A stretch of 64,000 nt of DNA, taken from the NCBI RefSeq assembly GCF_009914755.1, contig NC_060927.1. One strand, 5' to 3'. The notes beneath the pieces were generated by a model, which saw nothing but the letters and a program-made list of their open reading frames with translations, had not been told where the DNA came from and did no database searches. The position numbers were made by a program, and so were the translations under genes. Source of the DNA: the human T2T-CHM13v2.0 reference genome, Homo sapiens. How positions within the stretch are numbered: position 1 is the first letter of the stretch; the number at the start of each line of letters is the position of its first letter. Shown here in pieces: positions 58,393-64,000 of this stretch.

Positions 58393-61300
58393 TCCAGGAA
58401 TGTATTCATTTCCTCTAGGTTTTTTTTGTTTGTTGGTGTATCATTATTCACAAAAATTTCTGGTAAGCCTTTGTATTATGGTGGTATCGGTCATCATGTC
58501 TCCTTTTTCAATTCTGATTTTACTTGGGTCTTTTCTTTTTTCTTAGTCTGACTAATGGTTTATTAATTTTGTTTTTATAAAAAACCGACTTTATGTTTCA
58601 TTGCTCTTTTGTATTATACTTTAGTCTGAATGTCATTTATTTCTGCTCTGATTATTGTTTTCTTCTAATTTGGGGGTTGGCTTATTCTTGCTTTGCTAGT
58701 TTCTTGAGGTGTACTGTTAGGTTGTTTATTTGAAATAATTTTTTTATTTTGATGTTTGTTGCTATCAGTTTCCCTCTTCTGCTTTTGCTGTATCCTATAG
58801 GTTTGTGTATGTTGTGTTTCTACTTTCATTTGACGAAACAAATGTTTTAATTTTCTTCTTTTTTCATCGGTCATTCAGGAGCATGTTGTTTAATTTCCAT
58901 GTGTTTGTACAGTTTCCAAAATTTCTTTTGTTATTGATTTCTAGTGTTATTCCATTGTGGTCAAAAAAATACTTCGTATGATTTTGATTTCTTAAAAAAT
59001 ATGTTGAGACTTAATTTGTGGCCTGAAATATGATGTGTTCTGAAGAATATTCCATTTGCTGATGAGAAAAATGTGTATTCTGTAGCTATTAGATGAAATG
59101 TTGTATAAATGTTTGTTAGGTCTATAGTGAAATTTAATCCGCGATTTCCTTAAGTTTTTTTTTTTTTTTTTGGTCTAGATATGTCCAAAGTTGAGAGTGG
59201 GATTTTGAAGTTCCCAGCTATTATTATATTGGGATCTAATACTATTTGCTTTATGTATCTGAGTGTTCCCGTCTTGAGTGCATGTAGATTTACAGTTGTT
59301 ACATCGTCTTGTTGAATGGGTCCCTTTATCCTTATATAATGGCCTTCTTTGTCTCTTTTTGCAGTTTTTGACTTGTAGTCGGTTTTTGGCTTCCATTTGT
59401 ATGGAATGTCTTTTTCCATCCATTTACTTTCATTCTGTATGTGTCTCTATATGTGAAGTGAGTTTCTTTTAGGTAGCATATAGTTGAGTTCTGTTTTTTT
59501 ATCCATTCGGCTAATCTATATCTTTTCATTGGGGAATTTAACCATTTACATTTACGGTTATTATTGATAAATAAGGACTTACTCTTGTCATTTTTTAAAT
59601 TATTTTCTGATCATTTCGTATATACATTGTTCCTTTCTTATGGTTTATCTTTGGTGGTTTTCTATCATGATGAGGTTTGATTACTTTATCTCATTTATGT
59701 ATCTTCTCTATGAGTGAGCTTTATACTTTTGTAGTTTTATGATAGTAGATAATGTTTTGCTTCCAAATGTGGGGCACCCTTAAGCATTTCTTTAAAGTCT
59801 ATCTAGTGGTGATGAATTTTCTCAGTTTTTGTTTGTCTGGAAGGGACTTTATTTTTCCTTCATTTCTGAGGGATAGCTTTGCTGGGTATGTTTTTAGTTG
59901 AGTTTTTTTTTTTTTTCTTTCAGCAACTTGAATATATCAGTCTATTCTTTTCTTGCCAATAAGGTTTCTGCTAAGATATATGCTGTTATTCTAATGGAGA
60001 TTCCTTTGTATGAGACTTGACATTTTTCTCTATTTTTAGAAATATTTGCTTTTAGAAAATTTGTTGACTTTTGATAGTATGACTATAATGTGCCTCAGAA
60101 AGGACCTTTTGAGGTTGAATCTATTTGGGGACTTTTGAGCTTCCTGGATCTAGATGTCTATATTCTTCCAAGACTTAGAAAGTTTTTAGCTATTATTTCA
60201 TTAAATAGGTTTTCTGTGCCTTTTCCCATCTCTTTTCCTCCTAGGCTTTCCTTATTCCTTTTTATTTTCTGATTGGATCATTTTAAAAAGCCTTTCTTCA
60301 AGTTCAGAAGTTTTTTCTGCTTCATCTAATCTATTATTGATACTTTCCATTGTATAGTTTATTCACTGAATTTTTTCAGCTTCAACATTTCTGTTTGGTT
60401 CTTTTTTATGACACCTATCTTGTTGACTTTATCATTCATATCATAAATAGTTTTTCTTATTTTATTGAATTGTCTATCTGTATTTTTTCGTATCTTGCTG
60501 AATTTACTTAAGATCATTATTGTGAATTCCTTTTTAAGCATTTCATAGATTTTCTTTTCTTGGTTGTCTGTTACTGGAGAATTACTGTATTTCTTTGTGT
60601 TACATTTCTTGCTTTTTCATGTTTCTTGTATTCCTACATTGTTACTTATGCATCTGGTGGAATAAGTACCTTCTTCAATTTTATGGAGTAGCTTTTGTAG
60701 GGAAAGATTTTTTCTTACAGATGTGATACATGGTGTCTGGCTTTGGATTTGGTTCTAGGTAGGCAAAGTAGTGTAGTCACAATATGTTTTTTTGGGCTGT
60801 CATCAACATCTGTGAGTGCTTCAGTGGCCTAGACTATGTGGGTCTGTGGAAGCAGTGATATGGCTTTGGTTTTGCTGGGGGCAGTATCGTCAGTGACAGT
60901 AGTCACCTAACAGTCCTGTTCCCAGTTTCTGAGTGGTGTGTGTATGCCATTCAGCTCCACTGATGAAAGGGGCACAGTCACTGGTAGTGTCAGGCTCCTG
61001 GCAGCCTGTTTTTGGGTCCTGTGGTGAGGGTGCACATTTGATGCTTAGCAGTTCCACTGCTCAAGGGGGCAGGGCAACATTGTCTACATGTTGATCTTGT
61101 TTACTATACCAGGTGCCACAGCACCCATCACATGCTACGGGCTGCTTAAGGAGGTGACAAAATACTGCTAATTAGACCTGCAAAAAAGTTCAGACATCAC
61201 TAGAATGTAGGTACCATGAAAGCCAGGATTTTGGTACATTTTTCACTATTGCATCTAAATGCCCATAATAGTATCTTGTTGATTATTTATTGAATGAATC

Positions 61301-61944
61301 AATACTTTAAAGTTTACATTGAACCTAACTGCTTTTTTGTTTACCTAGTTTTAGCCTGTTCATTTGGAGCTGCATTCCCCAGAAACATTGTTTCAAATTC
61401 TCTAAATTTTGAGAACCCAAATCCTAGTTTCACCTTTTTGTCTCTCCTTCAGCTTTTCTCTCCTTTCACTTTACTGAGGTCAGAGCCATTTGTTGGGCCA
61501 TATTGTCTTTTCACTTACAGAATTTATAAGGCTTTAGCCACTCTCCTTGCCACTTTACTTGGCAGAGAAGATGTCCTTCTCTCCAATGCTAATACTTTGT
61601 CTTTATTATAAGTATTAGAAATTATATTGTTCTCTTCATATCATCACCTCCTTCCTTTCCTTCTGGAACCTGTCATCTATCTCTTTATACCATAGTCACT
61701 CCCTTTCCAACAAGTATAGAGCTGATTCACAAAACAGTAAGTTCTGTCCTGGAACTTAAAATGGATTTTGTCTTTCCTTCCTTCTAGTTAAAAATCTCTG
61801 AAAAGGTTTCCCATCTACTTATGACTATTCCTATTTCCTTGTTAGCTACTCACTGTTTAGCACCTCAAGTTTTGGACTGAACACATGAATTCTTGAACTG
61901 TTATGACTGTTTCTCCTGCATTCTTAAGGCTTTTCCATTTCTTC

Positions 61945-62365
61945 ATTTATTACTCTAACAAACATTTGAGCACCTCTTATTATCAGGCATGTTTCAAGGT
62001 GGTAGAGATACTGCAGTGAATAAAATAGATAAAAATCGTTGGCCTTGTGGATGCTACATCCTAAAGGAGGAAACACATATTAAATGTTGTAGGTGTGTGT
62101 TGTGTGTGTATTTACTATAATAGTAAGTACAAGAAGAAAAATAAAACAGAAAGCGGTTAGGCAGTTTTACAGTGGAGGGGTCTGCTATTTTAGATCATGC
62201 TGAGAGAATTTTCATTGGTGAGATGGTTTTCAAGTAAAGGTCTGAAGGAGGCGAGAGAGAGTGAGTCATATAGGTATCTGGGGGATGAATATTGTAAGTA
62301 GAGAGAAGAGTAAAGGCAAAATTCCCAAGGTGGGTGTGTGCCTGATGTTTCTGAAGACTAGTGAG
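61945..62365 (-). mobile_element. L2 3' region
   Basis: AACAAACATTTGAGCACC...CAGGCA...AGATACTGCAGTGAATAAAATAGATAAAAATC L2 tail motif. Confidence 0.75.
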
Positions 62366-64000
62366 GAAGATAGTCCTCATCTTTCTTGAGCTCACAGTGG
62401 CATTTGGCATTCTTGACTCCTGTCTGCCTTTTGAAGTGTTCTTTGTTTCTTTGGAGATCTCTGGTATTCTATAGAGACTAACCTGGTCTGGTTTTGACCT
62501 CCTCTATCTCTTTCACTGGTTTCTTCTTTTCATTGTTTTTGCCTTGTAATCTTTTTTTTCCATAGGGATCTTTTGTTGTTTCCTCTTTTTTTCCTGCGCA
62601 CATCGTATATTGCCAAACTACATTCTTAAATTGTGCCTCTGTTTATCAGACATCTCAACTTTTGTATCACAAGGGACCAAAAATTTCACATTTGACAACT
62701 AAATAGTTCATTGCCCTACCTGCCACTTACCCAGAGCCCTAATTTTCACCTCCCTTTCTATTCTCCATGTCCATTTTTTTTGGCTTACCTAATCAAATTG
62801 TTGTCTAATTTAGAGAACTCAGTTATCTGTGACCATATTATTCCTCACCCACCACTTCTAACTGGTCATCTTATCAAACTCTTTATCTTCTGTGCTCCAG
62901 TCTTCATCAGCCATATCCCTGCCATAGTAAACATATTTCAAACTTCTGTGTCTTTGTGCATACTATGGCTTGTGTCTAGAATACTCTTAACACTCTTCGA
63001 ATTAAGCTCAAATGTTATCTTCTATGCAAAGAAGGTTTCTCTACATCCCCACTCGTTAATTATGTCTTCCATTGTGTACATATCTCTTGTAAGCCCCCTA
63101 CAGTGATATTAATATAATGATGAGTATGTTCCTAGCTTGTAAGCTCCTTGAAGACCTCAGCTAAATCTTATTAATCAGTATACATAATGCTTTCCTGTAT
63201 TTTGTTGCGTTGGGCCCCAACATAGCAAAGAGAGTAGATAGAGAAATGCATTTGGACTAAGAGTACTGCATTACAACATATTGAACATGAGGGAAAAACA
63301 TTGAAAATTCCAAAGATACATATGCCTTCATCAGTAACATTCATATAGTATACACATAATACCAAAATCTTGGAGAGCAACTCGAATGAACATTTTGTTA
63401 ATGTTTGCCTGAGTCCTGAGTGCTTTCATTCTACTCATTCATTGCTACAATGGTAGACAGTCCTGTTGGCAGACAGATATAGGGCCCGCATAATGAGGGC
63501 CTGTAGGTAGGCTGAACTTGTCCAGGTTGAGGGTGAAGAACAACTGCTTTAGATCAATCTTAAAATTTTAATTCTATAAATACATAATTTATTGCAGGTG
63601 TTTACTTTGAATAGCAGTGTATTTTTCCTGCTACTTTTTTGTTTCTAAATTCAGAAACTTTTTGTTGTTGAAGGTGTTTTAATTACGAATACGCATTTCT
63701 CGTAAGATTATGAGGGAAAAATTAAGCAACTAAAACATTTAAGGGAACTAAAAAATACTCTTTAGTAAACTTATAGGGATTCCGGAATAGCAAAGAAGCA
63801 GACAGTTAAGGGGAAGGAGAAACAAGTTTTTTTTTTTAAAAAATTATTTACTACTTTAAAAAGGTTAAATGTAAAGTCTTTCATTAGTTTCACAAAATGT
63901 ATCTTCCTCATTTGGAAAGCAACCTGTTATGCTTTGAAAAGAATGAGCAAGTAAAAATAATAGGGAGATAAATACATTTTTGACAAAAATTACTGTTTTG

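Larger units (their letters stand above)
54335..61080 (-). mobile_element. Composite L1 block: an L1MA-like body (ORF2 to ORF1/5' UTR) interrupted by an L1PB and a MER11 LTR
   Basis: Minus-strand peptides resemble ORF2p (DPAIPLL, YRLAEWIKKQNSTICYLKETH, RDKEGHYI) and ORF1p (KEFTIMILSKFSKIRKNTDRQFNKIRKTI). Confidence 0.85.

Overview
This is primate (almost certainly human) genomic DNA, AT-rich and dense in repeats. A CpG island at about 23.2-24.6 kb holds the first coding exon of CRYBG3 (very large A-kinase anchor protein; CDS 23949-24097, + strand). That exon splices in frame across a 20.8 kb intron to a 67-nt exon 2 (44934-45000), and intron 2 runs off the window. The first ~3 kb looks like the 3' UTR and poly(A) region of the upstream same-strand gene, probably ARL6 (from recalled gene order; no ARL6 coding sequence is visible). 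The rest is mostly transposon fossils: L1PA/L1PB/L1M, Alu, MIR, L2, MaLR/ERV1/ERVK solo LTRs, a near full-length Tigger1 and hAT elements. Nearly all other ORFs in the track are repeat remnants or GC/low-complexity artefacts. I found no novel multi-gene system. The most unusual signals are local DNA-repair or template-switch scars: a ~240-bp copy of nearby sequence pasted into Tigger1, a direct/inverted repeat cluster with a perfect 20-bp palindrome, a duplicated Alu-tail/L1 junction and a small twin-primed L1MA. Repeat subfamily names come from remembered consensus sequences and need RepeatMasker/Dfam confirmation.
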